Positions 8,509 to 17,321 of a stretch of 64,000 bases of DNA are shown one piece after another. Every line of letters begins with the position of its first letter. The stretch's first letter is position 1. The DNA is from a virus, in the IMG/VR virus record IMGVR_UViG_3300002301_000012, positions 30,041 to 94,040 of that record. One strand, 5' to 3'. Made by a program: the position numbers and the translations under genes. The notes beneath the pieces were generated by a model. It was not told the DNA's origin. It saw only the letters and a program-made list of their open reading frames with translations, and ran no database searches.

Positions 8509-10243
8509 AGAGTTATTCACGAAAACGCAGAATGCTGCTGTCTGGTCCGCAATGTACCAGCCAGAAATCTATCGAGACAGGCCCGATGACTTTTCGCACA
8601 TGGTGCTCGACTCCGAAACATGGAGCAAGCAAAGCGAAATACTCAACAGCTTATGTCGTTATGGGCAGACGTGGGTTAAAGCCTGTCACGGTTCAGGCAA
8701 GAGTTATGCTGCGGCGCTGGCTTTGCTGTACTGGCTTGGGATCTGGGACGATGGCGTAGTCATATCAACCGCGCCGAAACAAGATCAAGTTGAACGCATA
8801 CTCTGGGGAGAAGTTCATGCTGCGATTCGTCGCAGCAAGTATCCGTGGCCGCAGCCAAACGTCGCCAGCCTGCGATTCAACGAAAAGCGTTATGCGACAG
8901 GAACGACCACTACAGTTACAGCGCAAAAAGGTTCAACAGCATTTCAGGGCACACACTCCGGCCATGTCCTGATCATCGTGGACGAGGCACCTGGTATTCA
9001 TCCTGCAATCTGGGGTGCTATCGAAGGTATTCGTGCGGCCGGCTACGTCCGCGTGCTGGCACTCGGCAACCCAACTATTCCCAGCGGTCCATTTTACGAT
9101 GCTTTCACCACTCGGTCGCCGAACATCAACTGCATTACGATTTCAGCATTCGACACGCCGAACTTCAAAGACGTGTATCTGAAGTACATAGACACACAGA
9201 CTGGCAAAATCGTTATTTTCGGCAACCTCAACGGGCGCAACCTTCTGGAGATGGATGTCGACGAACTGAACGACAATCCTGCGCCATATCTGACGACCAA
9301 AAGCTGGGTGCGCGAACTGTACGACAAGGTGGGACCGGATCACTACAGCTTCATATCGCGAGCGCTGGGACAATTCCCGCACGAAGCACCGGATTCTCTT
9401 ATCTCTCTTCGTTGGCTGGAACTGGCTGCCGAACGCGAGTTCTTTGCGGAAGATAATGACAAACCGATCAAAGGTGGTATCGACGTTGCCGGCCCAGGCG
9501 AGGACGAGACAACACTGTTTTTGCGCCAAGGTCGGAACGTGCTGCTACAGAAGGCATATCCAGAGGCTGACCCAACAGGACGTGTGCTGGCTGATCTGAT
9601 GCCGTTTAGGGATCGCATAGAAAACCTGAATATCGATGCTGATGGGATCGGATACTACTTCGCCAAAACCATCGAAAGCAATGGCTACAAGGTAACGTTT
9701 TGCCACGCTGGATGGGCAGCTATCGACACAGATCAATTCTTCAATTGGAAGGCTGAGATGTACTGGGGTTTCCGGATGCGGTGTCAGGCCGGCGACATCG
9801 CGGGATTAAAGGATTCCGTCACCTCTGGACAATTAACCACAATCCGTTGGAATAATAACCCCAGGGGTCAGACGGTGATAGAGTCAAAAGAGGATGCGAG
9901 GAAGCGCGGCGTGAAGTCACCGGATCGCGCAGAAGGAGCGATGCTTGCCTTCGCAGAGGCTCCAGTGCATGGAATCCTCGAACTTTGGCGCGATGAGTAT
10001 GAGGCGCAAAAGCGCAAGGCACCAGAGCCTCGCGGTCCGAAGGTGGAGGATACCACCGCGATACCGTTTAAAGAGCAGGCAGCCGCAGCCAAAGAAGAAT
10101 CCGAAGTGCCATGGACTAAGGCACCAGAATCAGCGCCTAAGCTACCAGCGCGGCCTGTGTGCGACCAGTGCGGTTCCACTGGCGTCCGTGTATTCAGCGA
10201 GGCGTGGCAATGCGCTGTGTGCGGTGCAAGCGGTAAGATCTGA
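8498..10243 (+). CDS. terL: Terminase large subunit with C-terminal Zn-ribbon extension
   Basis: Walker A KACHGSGKS, Walker B IIVDEAPG, LGNP, and nuclease motifs GIDVAGPGEDET and SPDRAE. Confidence 0.95.
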   Translation: MLGEELFTKTQNAAVWSAMYQPEIYRDRPDDFSHMVLDSETWSKQSEILNSLCRYGQTWVKACHGSGKSYAAALALLYWLGIWDDGVVISTAPKQDQVERILWGEVHAAIRRSKYPWPQPNVASLRFNEKRYATGTTTTVTAQKGSTAFQGTHSGHVLIIVDEAPGIHPAIWGAIEGIRAAGYVRVLALGNPTIPSGPFYDAFTTRSPNINCITISAFDTPNFKDVYLKYIDTQTGKIVIFGNLNGRNLLEMDVDELNDNPAPYLTTKSWVRELYDKVGPDHYSFISRALGQFPHEAPDSLISLRWLELAAEREFFAEDNDKPIKGGIDVAGPGEDETTLFLRQGRNVLLQKAYPEADPTGRVLADLMPFRDRIENLNIDADGIGYYFAKTIESNGYKVTFCHAGWAAIDTDQFFNWKAEMYWGFRMRCQAGDIAGLKDSVTSGQLTTIRWNNNPRGQTVIESKEDARKRGVKSPDRAEGAMLAFAEAPVHGILELWRDEYEAQKRKAPEPRGPKVEDTTAIPFKEQAAAAKEESEVPWTKAPESAPKLPARPVCDQCGSTGVRVFSEAWQCAVCGASGKI

Positions 10244-10249
10244 GAACGC

Positions 10250-10277
10250 AAAAAAGCCCGCTCCGGAAGAGCGGGCT
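10250..10277 (-). terminator. Intrinsic terminator between convergent units
   Basis: agcccgctc-cggaa-gagcgggct stem with an A6 tract on the left (U-tract on the minus strand). Confidence 0.75.
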
Positions 10278-10606
10278 GGTGCTGTCTAAGCAGCGGCTCA
10301 GAAATTCGCTCCAGACATGCAAGCGAAATCTGATCTTTTTTAAGCGAGCAGCCCTTTGAGCCGGATAGTAAAACGGCGGATATCGTCATGCGGACCACCC
10401 GCAGCCAGCAGAGACCAGTCGCAGAGCCTTGTCCAGCAGCAGACCGCCTTTGCCACAACACTGCGGTGCTGTTCATTTCCGGCTATTCGATGCGTGGATA
10501 TCCAGCGCTCTTGCACACGACTGGAACATGCGAAGGACTCCTGCCTCGTTTTCCCAGTCACCTTCGATGCTTTGCATCCAGATTAAATTGTCCAGCCAGA
10601 CAGGGT

Positions 10607-10771
10607 TCATCGTTTTCCTTTCTTCGTTCGCGGGCTGGCCGCTATCGCCAGTCGCACGCTGACTGCATTCTGTGCGCTCCGTTGCTCGGAGTCGAGCTTA
10701 CTCCACCGGGACAGTGCTGCCTCACGACGGGCGACGCTGACCTCCGCGCGGGATTTACGCTTGCGCGGCAT
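10607..10771 (-). CDS. Small basic protein (54 aa, MPRKRKSRAE...)
   Basis: Hand-translated. Abuts the upstream stop and is ATGA-coupled to a further 45-aa ORF (10473..10610). Confidence 0.5.
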   Translation of the reverse strand: MPRKRKSRAEVSVARREAALSRWSKLDSEQRSAQNAVSVRLAIAASPRTKKGKR

Positions 10772-11038
10772 TCAGATCGTTATCCTTCCACACTTTGCGT
10801 AAGTGCTGCGGATAGTTCGCAGGTCGCCGTATTCCGTGATCCAGCCGTTAACCGTAAGCCACGCATCAGCGTCTTCGTTCATCGCTTCGCGTGCCTGGCG
10901 AACCGTAAGCCCCTGTGCCATTTCCGTGCTAAAGGCATCGGTAGTGCCGATCTCTCGTACAATTCGCGCCGCAGCGGCTTCTGCCGACACCGAGCGAAAC
11001 TGAATCTTCATGTTGGTCGAATTGATGATGGTTACCAT
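10772..11038 (-). CDS. Hypothetical protein
   Basis: 88-aa ORF with GGAGG RBS. Confidence 0.65.
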   Translation of the reverse strand: MVTIINSTNMKIQFRSVSAEAAAARIVREIGTTDAFSTEMAQGLTVRQAREAMNEDADAWLTVNGWITEYGDLRTIRSTYAKCGRITI

Positions 11039-11041
11039 GGC

Positions 11042-11236
11042 TTATTTCGCCTCCTGTGTGGAGTATCTGTACTTGACGACACTGCCGAACAGGTCGTGTG
11101 TAACGCCAGGTGAGCGTAGCGTACTGTATCTACCGGCACGCAGGTAGTAGATCGCATTCATGATGCTGCGCCATGCTCCAGGTGACTTGGTATCGTCCGC
11201 TGCCTGTGCGAGAACTTCAATCGGATCGATCTTCAT
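11042..11236 (-). CDS. Hypothetical protein (MKIDPIEVL...)
   Basis: AGGAG RBS before the ATG at 11236, downstream of the promoter at 11296-11324. Confidence 0.6.
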   Translation of the reverse strand: MKIDPIEVLAQAADDTKSPGAWRSIMNAIYYLRAGRYSTLRSPGVTHDLFGSVVKYRYSTQEAK

Positions 11237-11295
11237 TTGCTTTTCTCCTATTTTCGTTTCCATTTTTTCCCTCGATCAACCTTCGATCTGATACC

Positions 11296-11324
11296 AGTAT
11301 ACACGGTGCAAATGCACTTTGCAA
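11296..11324 (-). promoter_or_regulatory. sigma70-like promoter TTGCAA-N17-TATACT
   Basis: Read directly. The spacer contains the palindrome gtgcaaatgcac, a possible operator. Confidence 0.65.
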
Positions 11325-11592
11325 TACATGATGCAAATGGTTTGCGAAAGAAAGGCGAACGTACTGTTAAATCATGTCGTACAATGAGTCCTATGGAGCC
11401 ACCAAACCGCCAGTGCAGATGCGTTAACACCGATCCGATGAACTGCCGCAGGTATCGCGGACTGACTGGAGCCTGTGCTTGTCTTTGCCACGGCCAGCCA
11501 CAGCAGAAGGCCACCACTGCGCAGGAACTGCGAAAGCCGACAGGAACGCGGTCGGAGTTGAAAAAGTAGCACGGTGAAACATTACGCTGAAT

Positions 11593-11796
11593 ATGGATAC
11601 TAGAAACGCTTTTGAATCATTGGCTGCCGGCCTGAAGCGACGGAATAAGGCCAAGCGAAGCCAGCGCAGTCGGTTCAACGGGCCGTTGCCGGGATGCCAA
11701 GTGAAGGAGATTCACTGCTCTGGCAAGTGCAAGCAGTGCCTTGCAGTTCGCTCGCGCAACTACCGGCGATTCGGAACTACCGTTGCACCTCAGTGA
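11593..11796 (+). CDS. Small Cys-rich protein
   Basis: 67-aa ORF with C..H.C..C..C. A similar small Cys-rich ORF ends at 11569. Confidence 0.45.
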   Translation: MDTRNAFESLAAGLKRRNKAKRSQRSRFNGPLPGCQVKEIHCSGKCKQCLAVRSRNYRRFGTTVAPQ

Positions 11797-12061
11797 TTCG
11801 CGACCACTGCGCAATCGGCGGCGACAGCATTCCCTGCGAACGGAACCATATCTTCCATCCATCGCGTTCAAGTTGACGGTTAGCCTCGTTCCACTTCCAT
11901 CCACCGTGAACGCGAAGTCGGTCTTTCATATCTTCGATGGAAGTGTCTGGCGTGTATGGTTTGTAGCGTCCGAACAAATCGGGTCCGCTGCCAGCCCATG
12001 GAATAAGCGCGGCATCGGCACGTCCTGCTGCTATTGAGTCCTCAATGTCTTGAATATTCAA
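11777..12061 (-). CDS. Hypothetical protein
   Basis: 94-aa ORF coupled to the methylase stop. Confidence 0.5.
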   Translation of the reverse strand: MNIQDIEDSIAAGRADAALIPWAGSGPDLFGRYKPYTPDTSIEDMKDRLRVHGGWKWNEANRQLERDGWKIWFRSQGMLSPPIAQWSRITEVQR

Positions 12062-12690
12062 AATTGCAAAACCCCTTGGCTCAATCTTTTGGCAGAGATT
12101 TCACAATACCGCTCCTCGATCTCGATTCCGATGCACCGACGATTTAGATCCTTGCAGGCACGTGCTGTTGTGCCAGATCCTAAGAACGGGTCCACAATTA
12201 ATTCACCTTCCAGCGATGCACGATTGATAAGCCACTTCCATTGATCGATAGGCTTCGGACAGGGATGGCCGTTCTTTTCTGCTGCGGTTGTCGCAGTGTA
12301 AGAATCAGGACGAGAGCCTTTCCCCGCATATGGGTCAGTGCCGTAAAACAGGATCGGCTGCCAACAAGTGAATCCCCACGGATTGACGCCAGATCCGGCA
12401 GGATAGGAAAAACTTCCGATCCAGTCCGGTTGAGGGTATCTGAATAGATGGCGGATTCCGCTGGTTAAAGCGATTCGCTTGGTAGAAAATCGCAATAGTG
12501 CAAGAACGGACAGTGCCAGCGTAACATCGTCTGCTGAATCGTGGCCGCTGGCGTAGTTCTCTCCGATGCCATACTGAGGATCTGTAATTGCGGCGTCGAA
12601 ACCTGCCTCGCATAATGCAGGCAGTAGATCCAAGCAGTTCGCGTGGTAAATCGTAATACCAGCCTGTTCATCCACGAAGTAAGGTTTCAT
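12058..12690 (-). CDS. N4/N6 DNA methyltransferase (beta class)
   Basis: ITIYHANCL, ITDPQYG, HPCPKP, VDPFLGSGTT and IGIEIEERYC motifs. Confidence 0.9.
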   Translation of the reverse strand: MKPYFVDEQAGITIYHANCLDLLPALCEAGFDAAITDPQYGIGENYASGHDSADDVTLALSVLALLRFSTKRIALTSGIRHLFRYPQPDWIGSFSYPAGSGVNPWGFTCWQPILFYGTDPYAGKGSRPDSYTATTAAEKNGHPCPKPIDQWKWLINRASLEGELIVDPFLGSGTTARACKDLNRRCIGIEIEERYCEISAKRLSQGVLQF

Positions 12691-12893
12691 TTTTGTTCGA
12701 AGTCCAATATACGCTGGTTGGCAAAGCGAAGTCGAGTCCTGCCAGCACGCCAGAGCTTACCAAGGCGGCTGCGCTCTGCTGGCGACCGGCGCGACCATAC
12801 CAGCTTCATTGCGGCGCTGCGGTTGCCGTTCACGGACGGCCTGTTTTTTCTCGTTGACAGTTCGCCTCTCAATGGATAATACTATAGCAAGTA

Positions 12894-13082
12894 GTGAGCG
12901 ACGAGACAACAGGAAATACAGTATCGATCAAGGCAAGGCTACGCAAGTGCCGCTTTTGCGGTTACGAGTGGGCGCTCAGATCGCTATTGCGTCCTGAGCC
13001 GACACGGTGCCCTAACAACGCCTGTCGGTCGACACGGTGGAAGGAAGGAACGAGGAGACGTGGAAAAAACAAACCAGCCTGA
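12894..13082 (+). CDS. Small Zn-ribbon protein
   Basis: CRFCGYEW...PTRCPNNACRSTRW. Confidence 0.7.
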   Translation: MSDETTGNTVSIKARLRKCRFCGYEWALRSLLRPEPTRCPNNACRSTRWKEGTRRRGKNKPA

Positions 13083-13890
13083 AGAAAATCAGGTAGTAAT
13101 ACAGGAGGCATCGTCGGACCTTCAGTTCTCGATCCACATGGAGCGCGTTCAGCAGGGTCCAACGTTCAACGACCTGCGCAAGATGTCGCGGCACGAGCGG
13201 TTGCGCCCGCTCATAGAGCAGCGCAAAGACCGCATCTATGCGGCTCCGTGGAAGTTCGAACCTGAGTCGCGGTACTGGCGCGGCAGCGATACGATCCAGA
13301 TGTCGCGAAGGCTGACAGAAGTATTTGCTGAGCCAGACGGCCTGATTCCATTTCAAAAGTGGCTGCGCATCGTGCTGGAGGATGTGTTCGTTGTCGATGC
13401 GGTCGCAGTGTATATCGAGAAGCGAGCGTTCAAGAAGCCACTATCAGAGGTTTTCCCTGATGGAATATCGGAAACGACCATTCGGCCTTACTTTCGACTG
13501 ATCGATCCTTCCACGATTGCATTAATAGTCGACCAGTTCGGCAACCGGCCAGTCTACACAGCAGAGCATCCTGTGCCGTTTGCAGTGCAGGCAACGGACG
13601 ACGAGCCAGTGTTTTTCAGCGAAAAGGAGCTTTACCACGGCATTCGGCACGACCGGCGCAAAGACGGCTGGCTGTGGGGCAAGAGCAAGATCGAGCAGGT
13701 CGCGGCGCTGGAGTACGAGTGCTCGCAGATGGTACTGAAGGAAAGCAAAGACAAGGCCATGTTCGGCGTGTTTGAACCGCTGATTGGCGACACTGCCGGC
13801 GACCTGGACTGGCTGGAAGAAATGATCAACGGAATTGTTATGCAGTGCTACGGTGAGACGCATTGCCGGTTCCGCTGGCTGGTGAACTGA
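13060..13890 (+). CDS. Truncated portal-protein paralogue
   Basis: FAEPDGLIPFQKWLRIVLEDVFVVDAVAVY aligns with WAKPDGFNTFRQWLRMLSEDLLVCDAVACY of the 18681 portal. Further collinear blocks are present. Confidence 0.8.
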   Translation: MEKTNQPEENQVVIQEASSDLQFSIHMERVQQGPTFNDLRKMSRHERLRPLIEQRKDRIYAAPWKFEPESRYWRGSDTIQMSRRLTEVFAEPDGLIPFQKWLRIVLEDVFVVDAVAVYIEKRAFKKPLSEVFPDGISETTIRPYFRLIDPSTIALIVDQFGNRPVYTAEHPVPFAVQATDDEPVFFSEKELYHGIRHDRRKDGWLWGKSKIEQVAALEYECSQMVLKESKDKAMFGVFEPLIGDTAGDLDWLEEMINGIVMQCYGETHCRFRWLVN

Positions 13891-13894
13891 TTTT

Positions 13895-14026
13895 ATGAGT
13901 TACGTGTGGGCTGATCCGTCGAGTAAAGATTGCATTGGCAAAGATGACGAACGTCCTTCACTGGCCGGGGCGATTTTTCTGGTCGTTCTGATCGTTGCGG
14001 CGCTTTCATTCTGGAAAGGACAGTAG
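13895..14026 (+). CDS. Small membrane protein (43 aa)
   Basis: Hand-translated, fills the intergenic gap, TM segment LAGAIFLVVLIVAALSFW. Confidence 0.5.
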   Translation: MSYVWADPSSKDCIGKDDERPSLAGAIFLVVLIVAALSFWKGQ

Positions 14027-14029
14027 GCT

Positions 14030-14401
14030 GTGCATCAGTCCATCCTCTACGACATCCTCGGTGTAAAGCGCGGCGCTACGGTTGACGAAATCAACAAAGC
14101 GTATCGCAAGCGAGCGTTCGACCTGCATCCGGATCGAAACCATAATCCAGATGCGCTGGAACAGATCAATCTACTGAATGTCGCGCGGGCCACGCTGGTC
14201 GACAAAAAGAAGCGAACGCAGTACGATGCCTCATTGATTCGGCTAGGCGGTGTCAGCCACGCCTGGTTCTGTCCTGAGTGCGATAACGTGCAGGTCTTTG
14301 TCAGCCAATACATCTGGAAGTGCAATGTATGTGGGCTGTGGGGAAGGCTGATCAAGGTAGCTGCTTACATCGGTGAGGAAGTGAAGGAGGTTCCCGCGTG
14401 A
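14030..14401 (+). CDS. DnaJ J-domain protein with C-terminal Zn ribbon
   Basis: LYDILGV..AT..EINKAYRKRAFDLHPDRN...LVD..KR.QYD with an intact HPD, followed by CPEC...CNVC. Confidence 0.9.
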   Translation: MHQSILYDILGVKRGATVDEINKAYRKRAFDLHPDRNHNPDALEQINLLNVARATLVDKKKRTQYDASLIRLGGVSHAWFCPECDNVQVFVSQYIWKCNVCGLWGRLIKVAAYIGEEVKEVPA

Positions 14402-14715
14402 TAGCGTACTGGTTCACTTGGTTATTTCTGGCTCTGGCAATAGCGTTCAACATGTATGTTCACTGGCGTGTTCGGCACGACCCAATGTGGCCGGATCGAG
14501 CGTTAGACGAACTGAGGTACACAATTCGCACTTTTCGGATTGTTGAACGACGGAAGGCTATACGTAAATACAAGCAGAAGATTGCTGAAGGAATGCGGCG
14601 ACCTAGGAAGGTCGAGATCATTGAATACGTGTGGGGACGCTGCATGACCAACACTGAAATCGAGTTTCTGATTTATGGGAATAACCTGATCGGTGGCAGG
14701 AGGTTTCCGAAGTGA
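14398..14715 (+). CDS. Membrane-anchored hypothetical protein
   Basis: N-terminal TM helix, GTGA-coupled on both sides. Confidence 0.65.
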   Translation: MIAYWFTWLFLALAIAFNMYVHWRVRHDPMWPDRALDELRYTIRTFRIVERRKAIRKYKQKIAEGMRRPRKVEIIEYVWGRCMTNTEIEFLIYGNNLIGGRRFPK

Positions 14716-14987
14716 CACAATCCATGCTCAACTTTGATCCGCCATCCATCCCGGTCAATGTGACAGTGGACCAGCGGGAAGTCAAACGCCTGTCGAAGCA
14801 GTGCGCCGCTATCCTCGAACGACTGCAAGCCGGCGATGCCACGAACCACGAACTGGCGCAGATTGCTCTGAAGTACACCAGCCGAATAAGCGACCTTCGT
14901 GCAGCTGGATACCAGATCGAAGTGGCTTCTCGCGATCACGATTCCGGCCTTGTTTGGTATAGACTAGTCAAGGAGAAAACGCAATGA
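14712..14987 (+). CDS. Winged HTH DNA-binding protein
   Basis: ILERLQAG.ATNHELAQIALKYTSRISDLRAAGYQIE...Y.L. Confidence 0.75.
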   Translation: MTQSMLNFDPPSIPVNVTVDQREVKRLSKQCAAILERLQAGDATNHELAQIALKYTSRISDLRAAGYQIEVASRDHDSGLVWYRLVKEKTQ

Positions 14988-15403
14988 CGAAGCCTGATTT
15001 GATGCTTTGCATGGCAGCCGCCGCTTGTTTATTTATGGTACGCGGTTCGGCCATGTACTTGCTTCGTTATTGGCACTGGTGGCGAGCACGTAAAGCTCTT
15101 GAGCGATTGCAGACACTAATGCAAAGCAGCGGTCCTGAGACATCGTACAAGCTGGCTATCGTTCAGCAGGCGTTGCTGGAACGCAAACCGCGACTGTTTC
15201 CTGTTCTTCGCGCCAACATCAATGCGTTGCGCGCGCTGGCCATTCTGTTGCCGGTAGCGATAAAGACTGTACTTCTGTGGAACCACGAGTTAACGTGGAC
15301 ATTCGTGGCCAGCCGGTATCCTGCCGAATGGAAACGGGCGTGCGCGATTTGTCCTAAATACGAAACAGTTCGCCAGCGGGAAGGCGTGAAGGAAATCGCA
15401 TGA
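14984..15403 (+). CDS. Hypothetical membrane protein
   Basis: ATGA-coupled ORF with hydrophobic segments. Confidence 0.6.
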   Translation: MTKPDLMLCMAAAACLFMVRGSAMYLLRYWHWWRARKALERLQTLMQSSGPETSYKLAIVQQALLERKPRLFPVLRANINALRALAILLPVAIKTVLLWNHELTWTFVASRYPAEWKRACAICPKYETVRQREGVKEIA

Positions 15404-15921
15404 TCTTTGAGCGCATCGGGCGGATATTCGCTCCCTCAAATTCGGTTGAAAAACCGGAAGTGGCCACCGATAAACCGTTGATAGAAAAGCCAGTTGCAGA
15501 TGAGGCGAATTGCTCAAGCATAAAGGGCAGATCGATGGTCGGCTACTCTCGGCGTGGGTTCTTGGGAATGCTGGCATCAGCTGCGGTCGCCTCTGAGATA
15601 AAAAAACCAGAATGGTTGAGCGAAATTCGGGATCGCGCTGATGCTCATGTTGCCAATCTCGCAGACGGTGGATACTACGACATAAAGTGGCCTATCAAAA
15701 CGCGGTGGCATGAGTTCGGTGTTTTGTGTACAGAAACACTAGAGGTTTTTATTCCGATGCAATCGCCTGTTGGTCTATCGCGTGGCGAGTACCATGTATC
15801 GGAGACTGGCGTTTTTACCTTCAATCAGGCCGACGCGAATAAAACCGTATCGATTTCACACAATGAATACGCGCGAAGAAAGTGTCCGGCGACTGCTGCG
15901 CTACCGTGGGACCACCGATGA
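15400..15921 (+). CDS. Chimeric protein: twin-arginine motif + capsid C-terminus-like segment + tail-tube-like segment
   Basis: SRRGFLG motif, plus internal alignments to the 27888 capsid and 32899 tail tube (see findings). Confidence 0.7.
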   Translation: MIFERIGRIFAPSNSVEKPEVATDKPLIEKPVADEANCSSIKGRSMVGYSRRGFLGMLASAAVASEIKKPEWLSEIRDRADAHVANLADGGYYDIKWPIKTRWHEFGVLCTETLEVFIPMQSPVGLSRGEYHVSETGVFTFNQADANKTVSISHNEYARRKCPATAALPWDHR

Positions 15922-16355
15922 AATTGATTCTGTTTGGTTTGATCCTGATTAGCGCCAATATCGCAGTGATCTGGTTGACGTTGCAGTTTCTACCGGCGAC
16001 AGTCTGGCCGGTACTGTACTATCGCAAGGCGCAACGCGCATGGGTGAAACACTCCCCTTTGCTTGATGCCAGGTGGCGTCGGCTGAAGTACTGGCCGCAC
16101 AAAGTCGCTCGGTCCTGGATTGAACGCTGGATGATTTGGCGTGTCCGCGAATACTTTCTGTGGTTCCCTGATCGGACCACCTGTCCAGCGTGCGGAAAGA
16201 AGGCTGTTCATCCGTTCGAGTTCCATCCGCAGGCGCGAGTCCTTCGAGTGACTTGCTTACGCTGCAAAGCCAACTTTCCGAAGCAGCCGATATATAGTGC
16301 GGCATCGTGGATGCCGGATCTACCAGTGGCAAAACCAAACAAGGAGCAGGAGTAG
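15918..16355 (+). CDS. Membrane-anchored Zn-ribbon protein
   Basis: MKLILFGLIL... TM segment, CPAC...CLRC, ATGA coupling. Confidence 0.65.
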   Translation: MKLILFGLILISANIAVIWLTLQFLPATVWPVLYYRKAQRAWVKHSPLLDARWRRLKYWPHKVARSWIERWMIWRVREYFLWFPDRTTCPACGKKAVHPFEFHPQARVLRVTCLRCKANFPKQPIYSAASWMPDLPVAKPNKEQE

Positions 16356-16361
16356 AAAAAA

Positions 16362-16562
16362 ATGAACGAAGAACCTCAATCGAAAGAACCATCTGGATTT
16401 GTTGTGCCAGTGAAGGCGATATCTGAAACACGGCTGGTTCACCAGGCCATTCAGGTATCGCGGCGCGACGAGCGAAACAGGGAAAACCATTCACTCGGTC
16501 TGCATGTGGATCGGATTCCGACCTGTCCAGACTGTCCACCGTACAGAGAGACACGTGCATGA
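16362..16562 (+). CDS. Hypothetical protein
   Basis: 66 aa, AGGAG RBS. Confidence 0.55.
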   Translation: MNEEPQSKEPSGFVVPVKAISETRLVHQAIQVSRRDERNRENHSLGLHVDRIPTCPDCPPYRETRA

Positions 16563-16879
16563 CCGGCGACCAGCGGATGTTCATTCGAAGACATTTGCAG
16601 TTTTTCGAGGAGGTTGATCCTCGGAATGGCAGACGCGCTGCAATTCGGGCGGCTTACGATTCAGGAATTAAAGCGCTGGAGATCGCTCGGTTTCTGCGGG
16701 TTCATCACAAAGCCGTCTATGCGGCAATACACCACAAACGGCCGGCCAAGACAACACTGGAGATGGCGCGGAAGCAGATCATCACCGCCCGCAAAGCGAT
16801 GTCACGAGCGCAAAGTGCATTGCGTGTTGCCGAAGGCAAAGAACGGGCGGCGCTGGAAAGGTTGAAGCTACGAGCATGA
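16559..16879 (+). CDS. HTH-containing protein
   Basis: AYDSGIKALEIARFLRVHHKAVYAAI. Confidence 0.6.
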   Translation: MTGDQRMFIRRHLQFFEEVDPRNGRRAAIRAAYDSGIKALEIARFLRVHHKAVYAAIHHKRPAKTTLEMARKQIITARKAMSRAQSALRVAEGKERAALERLKLRA

Positions 16880-17118
16880 GGCGCGTAAAGACTGCCGTTC
16901 CTATGGATGAGTGCAAGCGCAGGGTGTTAGCATTCATCCGCAAAGAGCCTAAGCGTTTACACAAAGCCTCTGAGTTTGCCTGTGAAATATGGCCTGACTC
17001 GGAATTTACAGCGCAAGGTGCCGGAGCCGCTGCTAGTCGTATTCTCAAGGCTTTGGAAAAAGATAACCTGGTTGAATGGATCAGTTCGACTGCGGACTGG
17101 GGATGGAGGTTACGATGA
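16876..17118 (+). CDS. Winged-helix protein
   Basis: AASRILKALEKDNLVEW...WRL, ATGA-coupled. Confidence 0.6.
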   Translation: MRRVKTAVPMDECKRRVLAFIRKEPKRLHKASEFACEIWPDSEFTAQGAGAAASRILKALEKDNLVEWISSTADWGWRLR

Positions 17119-17321
17119 GCCTTGAAGTCTACGGCGACGGCGATGCGGAAGACCTCTGCGAACTCGCAAACCGCTACGATCACAGCCTGTATCCAGATGG
17201 CAAGTGGCGCGAAGACGACTCGGAGCCAGGTAAGACCGACGCCGAGATGTGGGAGTACGTGGAAGACAGACGGCAATCGGATCTGGAGGATATGGCGTTG
17301 AGCGGGGAGGATATGGCGTGA
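17115..17321 (+). CDS. Small acidic protein
   Basis: MSLEVYGDGD..., GGAGG RBS, coupled to its neighbours. Confidence 0.55.
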   Translation: MSLEVYGDGDAEDLCELANRYDHSLYPDGKWREDDSEPGKTDAEMWEYVEDRRQSDLEDMALSGEDMA

